Shown here: positions 8,071 to 18,607 of the stretch, one piece after another
How positions within the stretch are numbered: position 1 is the first letter of the stretch
Layout: the number at the start of each line of letters is the position of its first letter
Position numbers and translations under genes: made by a program
NCBI GenBank assembly: GCA_963790095.1
Contig: CAWBNO010000029.1
Coordinates: forward strand, 12,418-76,417
Direction: 5' to 3'
DNA from: an uncultured delta proteobacterium
GTDB taxonomy: Bacteria; Desulfobacterota; Desulfobacteria; Desulfobacterales; UBA11574
DNA: 64,000 bases
Notes under the pieces: model-generated
Database searches by the model: none
The model's input: the letters and a program-made list of their open reading frames with translations, nothing else
What the model was told of the DNA's origin: nothing

Positions 8071-8283
8071 GTCTTCCCACGCCACAGCCCCTTTTCTTTC
8101 ATTGCAGGAATAATCATCTGATGTTATGGTAAAAACATGACGACCCAAATCCTTAAACGGAGCCGCAAATTGAGTGAAGAAATTTCCCATTATCGGCGAT
8201 TTTTCGGCCTTTGGGTTCGGGTGGGAGAGCACCCTCATATGGCCATTAACGTCGAAAGAATTTCGTAAATATAAGGAGGAGAT

Positions 8284-8802
8284 ATGGAACTCGAAGGGAA
8301 AAAGGTCATTATCTTGGTGGAAGAGATGTTCAATGTTTTTGAATTCTGGTATCCCTACTACCGGCTCAAAGAGGCAGGCGCCCAGGTGACGGTGGTGGGT
8401 TCCGGCAGAGCCGACGAATTTACCGGCAAACCCGCCACACAGGTCCGGCCGGATATCAGCGCGGATGCGGTGTCTTCCCAAAACTATGACGGAGTTATTA
8501 TTCCCGGCGGTTACGCCCCGGATATGATGCGCCGCTTTCCGGCCATGGTCCGAATCGTAAAGGACCTGTTCGATGCCGGCAAGGTCGTTGCCGCCATTTG
8601 CCATGCCGGTTGGATGCTGTCTTCGGCCAATATCCTCGACGGCCGCAAAGCCACCTCCTTTTTCGCCATAAAGGACGACATGATCCATGCCGGAGCCCTG
8701 TGGATGGATGAAGCGGTGGTGGTAGATGGCAACCTCATCACCAGCCGGACCCCGGATGACCTTCCGGCTTTTCTGAGGGCCATTATCGCCGCTCTCAAGT
8801 AA
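8284..8802 (+). CDS. PfpI/DJ-1 family protein
   Basis: AAGGAG RBS; EFWYPYYRLKE, IIPGG, AAICHA, LITSRTPDDL. Confidence 0.92.
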   Translation: MELEGKKVIILVEEMFNVFEFWYPYYRLKEAGAQVTVVGSGRADEFTGKPATQVRPDISADAVSSQNYDGVIIPGGYAPDMMRRFPAMVRIVKDLFDAGKVVAAICHAGWMLSSANILDGRKATSFFAIKDDMIHAGALWMDEAVVVDGNLITSRTPDDLPAFLRAIIAALK

Positions 8803-8963
8803 AAAATCCCGGCCCAGAGGACCCGGCTTTGGTGCCACCCCAGAGGGGTGAAGTCTACCGTATATGCCAGCTGAAATGATGGAATATTGGAATGTGTGAT
8901 TGTAAAAACTCATTTTTTTAGAATCGAAAAAGTTGTCGAACCCATTAACCTCAGGAGGTAAAT

Positions 8964-9884
8964 ATGCGTATCCTACTGATAGGACAGGCGGCGTTTGGAG
9001 CAAACGTGCTGGAAAAGTTGATGGAACGGAACGAAAATGTTGTGGCGGTTTATGCCCCGCCGGACAGACCGGGGGGGCGGACGGATCCACTCAAGGACGC
9101 GGCTGTATCCAAGGGCATCGACGTCTTCCAGCCCACAACCTACAAAGATGATCAGGTTTTTTCCGAGTACACTGAACTCAAACCGGACCTTACCGTAATG
9201 GCGTTTGTGACGGATATTATCCCGGCGCGCTTTTTTGAAGTTCCCACCCACGGCACCATCAATTATCATCCGTCACTGCTTCCGCGCCATCGGGGTGCCA
9301 GTGCCATAAACTGGGCCGTAATCATGGGAGACGCCAAAACCGGGCTGAGCATTTTTTGGCCGGACGGCGGCATCGACACCGGATTGATTCTGCTTCAAAA
9401 AGAAATCGATATCGGCCCGAACGACACCACCGGTTCCCTTTATTTTAATTATCTTTTTCCCATGGGCGTCGATGCCATTTTAGCGTCCATCGATATGATA
9501 AAATCAGGGAATGCGCCCCGAATTTTACAAGACGAAGCCGGCGCCACCTATGAACCGCCATGCGATGACAGGGTGGCGGGTATCGACTGGGACAAGCCCG
9601 CCGAAGCCCTTTACAATCTCGTCCGCGGGTGTGACCCCCAACCCGGCGCCTTTGCTTTGTTCAAAGGAGAAAAAACGCGATTTTACGGAGCAAAGCTCCT
9701 GGAGGAGACGGTGGATAAGACTCCGGGAACCATCCTGGATATTGACGATCAAGGAATTCACGTGGCGGTTTCAGGGGGAAGACTGGTTGTGGGCAAAGTC
9801 CGGCCGGCTAAAGGCGGAAAAGTGGCTGCATCCGAGTTTGCGGCGACACAGGGAATCAAAGCCGGAGACATGTTCGACCGGTAA
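8964..9884 (+). CDS. formyltransferase-family protein resembling the 10-formyl-THF hydrolase domain
   Basis: HPSLLPRHRGASAINW, SIFWPDGGIDTG, LYFNYLFPMGV, GATYEP; FMT C-terminal domain. Confidence 0.85.
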   Translation: MRILLIGQAAFGANVLEKLMERNENVVAVYAPPDRPGGRTDPLKDAAVSKGIDVFQPTTYKDDQVFSEYTELKPDLTVMAFVTDIIPARFFEVPTHGTINYHPSLLPRHRGASAINWAVIMGDAKTGLSIFWPDGGIDTGLILLQKEIDIGPNDTTGSLYFNYLFPMGVDAILASIDMIKSGNAPRILQDEAGATYEPPCDDRVAGIDWDKPAEALYNLVRGCDPQPGAFALFKGEKTRFYGAKLLEETVDKTPGTILDIDDQGIHVAVSGGRLVVGKVRPAKGGKVAASEFAATQGIKAGDMFDR

Positions 9885-9925
9885 CCGGCAACGTGCACAG
9901 AACAATTTCTCCCCACCATTCACAA

Positions 9926-9972
9926 AAAGGCCTTTGAAAAAATCATCGATTTTTTCAAAGGCCTTTATTTTT
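9926..9972. terminator. bidirectional terminator between convergent genes
   Basis: AAAGGCCTTTGAAAAAATC-ATC-GATTTTTTCAAAGGCCTTT perfect inverted repeat. Confidence 0.8.
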
Positions 9973-9994
9973 GGAAAAAATATCTCCCCAGGAA

Positions 9995-12031
9995 TTAGGC
10001 TGCTTTTTCGATTTTCACCGCACAGACCTTAAATTCCGGAATTTTGGCAATTGGATCAAACGCTGAATTGGTAAGTATATTGGCCGGGGTTTCCGCAAAA
10101 TGAAACGGCACGAAAAGCACGCCAGGATTAACCATATTGCTTACCCTGGCAAGGATTTCCATGTCGCCCCTGCGGGTGGAAAGCTTCACCGTATCCCCGT
10201 CTTTTACAGCCAGGCTCTCGGCGTCTTTAGGATTAATCTGCACATATCCGGTCTTTTGTTCGGTATCCAGATGCTGGGATGCCCGGGTCATGGTTCCGGT
10301 ATGATAATGGGCGAAGTGACGGCCGGTGGTGAGAAAATATGGGTACTCTTCATCCGGCATTTCAGCCGGGTCAAGATACTCGATGGCATGGAACAAACCT
10401 TTGCCCCGGGTAAATTGGTCCTTATGCAGAAACTGAGTTCCTGGATGTTCGGCATTCGGGCAGGGCCACTGAAGGCCGTTCAGTCCCAGTCTTTCATAGG
10501 TCATGCCGCCGTAACTCGGCGTCACGGTGGTCATTTCCTTAAAAATCTCTTCAGGATGTTGATAGTTCATTTCAAGGCCCATGGCGGTAGAGAATCTGGA
10601 TATGATTTCCCAGTCGTTTAACGTATCTCCCATGGGATCAATAGCCTTGTTGACTTTCATACAACGACGTTCGGTATTGGTAAATGTGCCGTCCTTTTCA
10701 GCAACCGACACCGCAGCAAAGACCACATCCGCGTTCTCTGCCGTTTCAGACAGGAAAATGTCCTGACAAATCAAAAGATCGAGATTCTCCATTGCCTTCG
10801 TTATATGGTTCTGGTTCGGATCACTTAATTTTGGATTCTCTCCAATGATATAAAGTGCCTTTAATTTTCCGTCGATCATGGCTTGAATCATGTCGGTGAT
10901 GGTGTAGCCCACTTTGTCTGAAAGCGTTCCGCCCCAGGCTGTGGAGAACTTCTCATTGTTTGCGGGAACATTCACCGGCTGATAGGCCGGAAAAACATTC
11001 GGCAAGCCGCCCATGTCACAGGCACCCTGAACATTGTTCTGCCCCCTTAGGGGGTTGACGCCGCCGCTCTTAACGCCGACGTTGCCACAGAGCATGGCAA
11101 TATTACAACAGGATTTGACATTATCCACACCGGTGGTGTGCTGGGTGATCCCCATGGTATAAAGCAATGCCGCCGGAGAATTTGTGGCATAGAGTTCCGC
11201 CATTTTTTCAAGGTCGCTTTGTGAAACACCTGTTATGGTTTCCACCTTGTCCGGCGTATAGGTTTCAATCACCGATTTGAATTCATCAAAACCCTCGGTT
11301 CTCTCCTCGACATATTTTTTGTCGTGCCAGTCATTTTTCAAAATGATATGCATCAACCCGTTGAGCAAAGACACATCACTCCCGAGTCTATGGGTTACAG
11401 CAACATCCGCAAAACGGGCCATCTGGATATTTCTCGGATCGGCCACAATGAGCTTGGCGCCTTTTTCCTTTGCCTTGAATATGCGTCTGGCAATCAAAGG
11501 ATGGCACGCTGACGTGTTCGAACCGATGATAAAGATACAGGCAGAATCTTCGAATTCGGCGATTGAATTGGTCATAGCTCCACTTCCAAATGCTGCGGCA
11601 AGACCTGCCACTGTGGAGGAATGTCAGAGACGGGCACAGTGATCGACATTGTTGGTTCCGATGACCGCCCTGGCAAACTTCTGAGCCAGGTAATTTTCTT
11701 CATTGGTAATTTTTGCGGAAACCAGCACACCGACACTGTCCGGACCATAGTCTTTGATGATGGCCTTGAGCTTGTCGGCCGAAGTTTGGATGGCCTCATC
11801 CCATGTGGCTTCCTGCAAATTACCATTCTTCTTTATCAGCGGAGATTTAAGACGCTTATCGCTGATCACATGTTCATGGAGGTTCCAGCCCTTTATGCAT
11901 AGCTTCCCTTCGTTTACAGGATGGGTCTTCATCGGCAGGGTATCGACGAGCCGGCCGTCCATCACCTGAAAAAGGACACCGCAACCTGTTCCGCAATATG
12001 AACATACTGAGGGAATTATCTTGTAATCCAT
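9995..12031 (-). CDS. fdhF: selenocysteine-containing formate dehydrogenase catalytic subunit (FdhF/FdhA type, cytoplasmic); UGA 11624-11626
   Basis: CSYCGTGC...LCIKG, DHCARL-U-HSSTVAGL, PLRGQNNVQG; SECIS-like GGCAGGTCTTGCC after UGA; joins ORFs 11624-12031 and 9995-11611 in frame. Confidence 0.93.
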
Positions 12032-12114
12032 AGGTATCGCTCCTTGATATTATAAAATTAAGATTGAGACAAAACGTATCACTTCTAAGCCGTTACCCGT
12101 ATAGGGCATAAGGA

Positions 12115-12912
12115 TCATATGGGTTTGAGTTCCAGTGTTACCTCGTCGCCGAGCATGTTGAATGGAGATTGATCCGCACGGATTCCGGTTTTATACTCGA
12201 ATACATCCGAAACTATTTCATTGACCTTGCGGTAAAGAAGGCGCAAAGAAATATTTGCCGGGCAGGCATCCTCGCACAGGCCGCAGTCGATACAACGTCC
12301 GCCCATATGAACCGCCCGGACAAGATGAAAAATCGGGACTTCGGGGGGAATGGTCCCGGTGGCGATTAGGTCTGGATGCTCAAGGCTGCATTCCTTGCAA
12401 AAGCAGACGGGACAGATATCACGGCATCCATAACATTTTATACATTTCTGAAATTCATACATCCACCGATCAAAGCGGTCTTTCTGACTGAATGCTTCAG
12501 CGGCTTCTACGTCCATGTTATTGTCCATGCCGACCATTTTTTTCAGATATCCTGCCGGTTCAGGCTCGAGGTAGGAGCAATCCCCATGCTCCTTGAGTTT
12601 GGAGGGGCAGCAATTAACGCTGATGGTCGCTATATTGTCCGGATTCAACTGATTCCAAACATAAAGAACATTCAAAGCCCGCTGGTTGCAGTCACGGGTC
12701 AAAAGCCCTATTTTCAGATCCGGATGCTCAGCTGAAATCTTTGTGGCCATCTTTTCAAGGGAATACCGGGCGTTACCGACGATTAATTCGTCGATTTCAT
12801 CGATATTTTCTTTGGTAAAGCAATGGGGCAACGGATGTCCTTGCACCATCTTATATCCTAAGAATATGTCTACTCTATCCTGTTCAAGCAACTCTCTTAC
12901 TTGTTCTTGCAT
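12115..12912 (-). CDS. 2x[4Fe-4S] protein, FdhB/FlxB-like
   Basis: CIKCYGCRDICPVCFCKEC and CIDCGLCEDACP; lies between mvhD and fdh. Confidence 0.8.
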   Translation of the reverse strand: MQEQVRELLEQDRVDIFLGYKMVQGHPLPHCFTKENIDEIDELIVGNARYSLEKMATKISAEHPDLKIGLLTRDCNQRALNVLYVWNQLNPDNIATISVNCCPSKLKEHGDCSYLEPEPAGYLKKMVGMDNNMDVEAAEAFSQKDRFDRWMYEFQKCIKCYGCRDICPVCFCKECSLEHPDLIATGTIPPEVPIFHLVRAVHMGGRCIDCGLCEDACPANISLRLLYRKVNEIVSDVFEYKTGIRADQSPFNMLGDEVTLELKPI

Positions 12913-12913
12913 A

Positions 12914-13396
12914 TCATCCTCCCTCTACGCTCACGGCATTTTGTGCGGCTTCACATGAACTCGCGATGGCGGACAGGTCAAAATCGCCGGATAAAGGGCT
13001 TGGGCCCAATGATTTAATCTTTTCCGTAAAAGCGGTGACCACCTGAACGAACTTCTGGGCCTCTGCCGAAGATATCCAGTCCAGGTGTAAACGGTCTTCC
13101 AATCCTATAAAGCTCAAAAGTTCTTGCAGAAACGTAATCCGTTTGATTGTCATGTAATTACCATACAGGTAATGGCAGTCGCCGACATGTCACCCACCCA
13201 CCAGGACACCGTCGGCGCCGCTTTGGAAGGCTCTCAAAATATGGTGGGGCGATACGGTCGCCGAACACATGACACGGATGGGCCGAATATTGGGCGGATA
13301 TGCAAGCCGACTCACACCTGCCAGATCGGCTGCGCCATATGCACACCAGTTACACATAATAGCGATTATTTTGGGCTCAAATCTATCTTCTTTCAC
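12914..13396 (-). CDS. mvhD: MvhD/FlpD [2Fe-2S] subunit, selenoprotein (UGA 13190-13192)
   Basis: [37 protein letters not shown]; hairpin TGCCAT..ATGGTA 12 nt after UGA; joins two ORFs in frame. Confidence 0.92.
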
Positions 13397-13417
13397 ATTC
13401 TTCTCCTTTCCAATGGA

Positions 13418-16400
13418 TTATATGCTCAATGCGCTCTTGATCTGGGCGTAAATTTGGTTGTTGTTAAATCCCATCAGAACCGGTGCCTCGGAGGGGCATA
13501 CTGCGGCACAGGCCCCACACCCTTTACACAGAGCCGCATTCACTTCAGCCACAAATTTTTGATCGTCAAAGATGATTGCGCCATAGGGGCAGACATTGAT
13601 ACATCCCAGGCAACCGGAACAGAGTTCGGCAATGATATCCGAGACGATACCCCCTACTTTGATATTCTCCAAGGCCAGTACTGTTGAAGCTCTTGCGGCT
13701 GCAGCCTGGGCCTGGGCGATACTCTCCTCGATGGGTTTCGGGTAGTGTGCCATGCCGCACATAAAAATGCCGTCATTGGCAAAATCGACGGGCCTTAACT
13801 TCTGATGGGCTTCCAAAAGCCATCCGTTGGAGTCCAGAGGCACCTTAAAAAGCTGTGCCAGCGAATGGTCCCAGTGGGAGACAATGGACGATGCAAGGCA
13901 GAGGATATCAGCCCTGACGGCCAATTTGTGGTTTAAAATTCGGTCTGTAAATTCTACGATAACGCGATCTCCGTCAGGTCTGACCTCAGGTTTTTGATCC
14001 GGCGAATAGGTAAAAAAGAGTATCCCGGCAGCTCTTGCCTTTTTATAGAGATCTTCCCTTTTTCCATAGGTTCGCATATCCCTGAAAAGAATCGACACAT
14101 TTACATCCGGATTCTTCTGCTTAAAATCGAGGGCGCTTTTAACGGAATGGGTGCAACAAACCTTTGAACAATACGGACGTTCTTCATCTCTGGATCCGAC
14201 ACATTGGATAAAAACGACATTTTTAGCCTGTTCGATTTTGGGATCGTTCTTCTTAAAAAGATCATCGAGTCCCAGATGGGTCATCACTGCCGGGTGTTTT
14301 CCGCAAAGGTATTCATCGGGTTTATATTCTTTGGCGCCGGTGGCAATGACGGTCACGCCATGCTCGACGGTTTTTGTGGATTCCCCATTGCGCAATTCGG
14401 TCTTGAAATTTCCCACAAACCCCTCGACATTGGATATGCTCGTTCGGGTATGCACGGAGATCAAGTCTTGGGATTCCACTGCCGTTACAAGTTCTGCAAC
14501 AAAAGCACCAATATCTTCATTCTTATGGGTTTTGCCCAACAATAACCCATTGCCCCCTAACGTGTCGGACCGTTCAACGAGGTCCACCGGATATCCCTGA
14601 TGTGCCAGAGAGACGGCCGCCGTCATACCGGCAATCCCCCCGCCAATCACCAGCGCCGAATGGGTTACAGCCAGATCGGTTTGCTTCAACGGCGTCAGAA
14701 GATTGGTTTTTGCCACGGCCATGCGCACAAGATCTTTGGCCTTTTGGGTGGCTGCATCCGGATCGTTCGCATGTACCCAGGAATCGTGATTTCTGATGTT
14801 GGCCATCTCAAAAAGATATTTGTTCAAAGAGGCATTGATGAGCGTTTCCTGGAACAGCGGTTCATGGGTCTTGGGGGTACAGGCCGCCACCACCACACGG
14901 TTGAGGCCCTGTTGTTTGATAATATCCGTCATTTTTTCCTGGGTATCCTGGCTGCAGGAGAACAGGTTTTCTTCCACATACGCCACATTCGGAAGGGTTT
15001 TGGCGTATTCCGCCACCTCAGGGACATTTACCACGCCACCGATGTTAATACCACAGTTGCAGACAAAGACCCCGATCTTGGGGGATTCCTCTCCAACATC
15101 TCTCTCCGGAGGTAGCTCGAGTATCTTTGTCCGGGTATTGCGTGCCGAGGCCAGATGTTCTGTTGCCGCACAGGCCGAAGCACTGGCTTCCATGACCGAC
15201 TGGGGGATATCCTTGGGCCCGGAAAAGGCCCCACAGGCATAGATCCCCGGCACAGAGGTGGCCACCGGATGAAAACTGTCGGTCTGTGAAAAGCGGTAGT
15301 CATCAAGTTCGATACCGATACGACGGGAAAGATCGGCAACATCCTGATTGATTTGAAGACCCACGGACAGGACAAACATATCGAAATTTTCCGCTGTGAC
15401 CGTGCCGTCTTCCTGGATGTAGCGAACCGATAAATCATCGGTTCCGGGCACCGGATCTATGGAGTGAATCCTGGACCGGACAAATCTGATGCCTTCCTTT
15501 TTGGCATTCTCATAATATTTGTCAAAGTCTTTGCCGTGGGTGCGCATATCCATATAAAATACCGCACAGTCCAGCGGTTGGGTGCTGTGCTCTTTGGAAA
15601 TTACGGTTTGCTTGATTGCATACATGCAGCATACCGATGAACAATACGCATTATCACATCGATTAAGGTCTCTGGAACCGACACACTGCAGCCAGCCGAT
15701 TTTTCGGGGCGCCTTCTTGTCCGAAGGCCGGACCAGATGCCCCATATACGGGCCGGTGGCAGACAGGATTCTTTCAAATTCCAGAGCGGTCACCACATTG
15801 GGCAGCTTGGCGTACCCATAACAATCGAATCGGCTGGGATCAAAGGCTTCAAATCCAGGGGCAAGGATGATGGACCCCACATCGAGCTCAATAATTTCAT
15901 CTTGCTGAGAGTGATCGATGGCCTCAACCGGACAAAACTCGGCACAGATTTTACATCCGCCGGTTTTAAAATGTACACACACGGAGCGATCAATGGCCGG
16001 GGTATTGGGCACCGCCTGGGCATACGGCACATAGATCGGCTTTCGGGGTGCCAATCCGGCATCGTATTCCGATGGAATTGGCTCAATGGTATGTGTTGTT
16101 ATATTTTGTTTAATTTTATCCAGATTGATATGTCCGGTTGGGCATACTGAAGCACACGCACCACAGGCCATGCAGACCTCTGTTTGTATGTGAAAGGGCG
16201 TATCAACTTTCATTTCCACACCCCTCCCGGTCAAACCGATGGCGCTGTTGCCCATTCTGTCACAGATACGGGTACACAGCCCGCAAAGGATGCAGGTGTC
16301 GTTTTTAATCTTAAACCGTGTTTCTTTAAGGTCGTATTTGGCAGCAAGCTCCTTGATGATGGGGACATCCGGACAGCGGGCAAGTAGTAATTCCACATTC

Positions 16401-16660
16401 AACTTTCTGCCCTCGTGTACCGTTTCTGTGTCTGTTTTGACCTCCATGCCTTCCCAGATGGGATAGTTGCAGGCGGTTACAAAACGTGTGCGGCGTCCGT
16501 CAAAAAGTTCCACGGTGCACAAGCGGCACATTCCGGCGGGTTCTATTGCTTTATGGTGACACAGGGTCGGAATTTCAACCCCGTATTTTTCTGCAACTTG
16601 AAGAATATACTGCCCTTCCTCTCCTTGGACTTTTCTTCCGTTAAGCTTAAAGGTAATCAT
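13418..16660 (-). CDS. NuoG/BfuA-like Fe-S N-terminus fused to a tandem HdrA-like flavoprotein (first module lacks its N-terminal GxGxxG part)
   Basis: IPTLCHH..CRLC..TAC [2Fe-2S]; 2x[4Fe-4S]; two CVGSR and YCSxVCC motifs; KIGVFVCNCG; one VIGGGIAG; C-terminal ferredoxin. Confidence 0.9.
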   Translation of the reverse strand: MITFKLNGRKVQGEEGQYILQVAEKYGVEIPTLCHHKAIEPAGMCRLCTVELFDGRRTRFVTACNYPIWEGMEVKTDTETVHEGRKLNVELLLARCPDVPIIKELAAKYDLKETRFKIKNDTCILCGLCTRICDRMGNSAIGLTGRGVEMKVDTPFHIQTEVCMACGACASVCPTGHINLDKIKQNITTHTIEPIPSEYDAGLAPRKPIYVPYAQAVPNTPAIDRSVCVHFKTGGCKICAEFCPVEAIDHSQQDEIIELDVGSIILAPGFEAFDPSRFDCYGYAKLPNVVTALEFERILSATGPYMGHLVRPSDKKAPRKIGWLQCVGSRDLNRCDNAYCSSVCCMYAIKQTVISKEHSTQPLDCAVFYMDMRTHGKDFDKYYENAKKEGIRFVRSRIHSIDPVPGTDDLSVRYIQEDGTVTAENFDMFVLSVGLQINQDVADLSRRIGIELDDYRFSQTDSFHPVATSVPGIYACGAFSGPKDIPQSVMEASASACAATEHLASARNTRTKILELPPERDVGEESPKIGVFVCNCGINIGGVVNVPEVAEYAKTLPNVAYVEENLFSCSQDTQEKMTDIIKQQGLNRVVVAACTPKTHEPLFQETLINASLNKYLFEMANIRNHDSWVHANDPDAATQKAKDLVRMAVAKTNLLTPLKQTDLAVTHSALVIGGGIAGMTAAVSLAHQGYPVDLVERSDTLGGNGLLLGKTHKNEDIGAFVAELVTAVESQDLISVHTRTSISNVEGFVGNFKTELRNGESTKTVEHGVTVIATGAKEYKPDEYLCGKHPAVMTHLGLDDLFKKNDPKIEQAKNVVFIQCVGSRDEERPYCSKVCCTHSVKSALDFKQKNPDVNVSILFRDMRTYGKREDLYKKARAAGILFFTYSPDQKPEVRPDGDRVIVEFTDRILNHKLAVRADILCLASSIVSHWDHSLAQLFKVPLDSNGWLLEAHQKLRPVDFANDGIFMCGMAHYPKPIEESIAQAQAAAARASTVLALENIKVGGIVSDIIAELCSGCLGCINVCPYGAIIFDDQKFVAEVNAALCKGCGACAAVCPSEAPVLMGFNNNQIYAQIKSALSI

Positions 16661-16686
16661 GGATTTAGCCCCGTTATATCCTTAGA

Positions 16687-18588
16687 TTATTTAACGACAA
16701 TGGCCTCGAACTTACAGGCATCATAACAGATGCCGCACTTGATACACTTCTCCTGATCCAATTGGTGAGGTTCTTTTTTCTCCCCGACGATGGCTTCCTC
16801 CGGGCATCGTTTGGCACAAAGGGTACAACCGTTGCATGCCTCCTCGTCAATTTCATAGTGAAACAAAGGTTTACAGACGCCCGATGGGCACTTCTTGTGC
16901 TTAATGTGGGCTTCATATTCATCTCGAAAATAAAGTATCGTCGTCAGTACAGGATTTGGAGCCGATGTCCCCAGCCCGCAAAGGGAAAATTTCTGGATCA
17001 TCATTCCCAGTTCTTCCAGAAGTTCGATATCGCCGTCTTTGCCGTTTCCGTTGCAGATATCGGTCAAAATATCGAGCATAGCCCCTATCCCTTCTCGGCA
17101 TGGATTACACTGACCGCAGGACTCCTCCTTTAGAAAATCCAGGAAATACCGGGCCACATCCACCATACAGGTGTCCTGGTCCATGACGATCATACCACCG
17201 GAGCCCATCATGGACCCCACTTTTGTTAACTCGTCAAAGTCGACATTCAAGTTTAAAAACTGTTCCGGAATACATCCCCCTGACGGCCCTCCGGTTTGAA
17301 CCGCTTTAAATTTTTTCTTTCTGGGAACGCCGCCACCGATGTCAAAAACAATGTCTTTCAACGAAATTCCCATGGGCACTTCCACCAGGCCGGTGTTCTT
17401 TATTTTTCCGACAAGACTGAAAACTTTTGTGCCCTTGCTGTGGGTTGTCCCCATCTTGGCGTAATTGTTGGCCCCTTTTAAAAGAATAACCGGAACATTG
17501 GCATAGGTCTCGACATTATTTAGATTTGAAGGATTTTGCCTGAAACCTTTTTCCACGGTATGGACATACTTGGCCCTGGGTCTTCCGACTTTGCCTTCCA
17601 AAGAGGTCATCAGAGCGGTTGACTCACCGCAAACAAAAGCACCTGCTCCGGTTGAAATCCTGACATTGAAGCTGAAATCAGAACCGGCGATATTATCGCC
17701 GAGTAAACCATATCTTTCAGCCGCTTTGATCGCCGATACCAGACGTTTTACAGCCAATGGATATTCATTGCGAACATAAAAAAAGCCTAGGTTGGAGCCT
17801 ATGCCGCGTGCCGCAATCAACATTCCCTCTAAAACGCTGTGAGGATCGCCTTCGAGTATGCTGCGATCCATGTAAGCGCCGGGATCGCCTTCATCGGCAT
17901 TACAGATGATATATCTATCGCCGTCATGTCTGGCACAGGTTTCCCATTTGATCCCGGCCGGAAATCCACCGCCACCGCGGCCCCTAAGTCCCGACGCCTT
18001 AACCTGCTGAATAATTTCTTTGGGCTCCATATCATGAAGTGCCTTAAGGAAAGCAAAATATCCATCCTTGGCGATGAATTCTTCAATACTGTCCGGATCG
18101 ATATATCCGCAATTTCGCAGGGCGATTTTAACCTGTTTATGATAAAAAGGGATCTCTTCCAGAAAAGGAATCTCTTCGAGCGGTGTTACCCCTGCCAAGG
18201 GGTTTTCGATATCATCTTCCAGAAACGATCGCGGATCGCGCATTTGTCCGAGAATCCACTTTTTGTTAAATTTGTTTTCGTTATAATCCTGAATGGTCTC
18301 CAGAATCTTGTCCTCGGTAATATTTTTATACATTACCCGTGGTTTACCGGGCCCTAATATTTCAACCAGGGGTTCAACTTCACAGAAACCGATACAGCCG
18401 GTTTGGCTGATATCGATACCGTTTCCATTGGGAAACTCCTGAATCGCCCTATCAAATGATGCCCTGGCCCCTGCTGCGATACCGCAAGAAGCCATTCCGA
18501 TGTTTACTTTGACGGCTTCCGGATAATAGAGCCGCTTGCTGTATTCCTCACGGATTTGCTCTAGATCTTTTACTGACTGGATTTTCAT
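16687..18588 (-). CDS. NuoF/HydB(BfuB)-like FMN, NAD(P)H-binding subunit
   Basis: GLRGRGGGGFP, CNADEGDPGAYMDR, GGPSGG, ESCGQCNPCREG, N-terminal thioredoxin-like 2Fe-2S, C-terminal 2x[4Fe-4S]. Confidence 0.93.
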   Translation of the reverse strand: MKIQSVKDLEQIREEYSKRLYYPEAVKVNIGMASCGIAAGARASFDRAIQEFPNGNGIDISQTGCIGFCEVEPLVEILGPGKPRVMYKNITEDKILETIQDYNENKFNKKWILGQMRDPRSFLEDDIENPLAGVTPLEEIPFLEEIPFYHKQVKIALRNCGYIDPDSIEEFIAKDGYFAFLKALHDMEPKEIIQQVKASGLRGRGGGGFPAGIKWETCARHDGDRYIICNADEGDPGAYMDRSILEGDPHSVLEGMLIAARGIGSNLGFFYVRNEYPLAVKRLVSAIKAAERYGLLGDNIAGSDFSFNVRISTGAGAFVCGESTALMTSLEGKVGRPRAKYVHTVEKGFRQNPSNLNNVETYANVPVILLKGANNYAKMGTTHSKGTKVFSLVGKIKNTGLVEVPMGISLKDIVFDIGGGVPRKKKFKAVQTGGPSGGCIPEQFLNLNVDFDELTKVGSMMGSGGMIVMDQDTCMVDVARYFLDFLKEESCGQCNPCREGIGAMLDILTDICNGNGKDGDIELLEELGMMIQKFSLCGLGTSAPNPVLTTILYFRDEYEAHIKHKKCPSGVCKPLFHYEIDEEACNGCTLCAKRCPEEAIVGEKKEPHQLDQEKCIKCGICYDACKFEAIVVK

Positions 18589-18607
18589 GGCGCTGGCCTC
18601 TTAAATT

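Noticed and set aside
8100-9090. 427-aa minus-strand ORF 7807-9090 as one gene
   Set aside because: Most of it is the antisense shadow of PfpI and the formyltransferase-like gene; only the last part looks protein-like.
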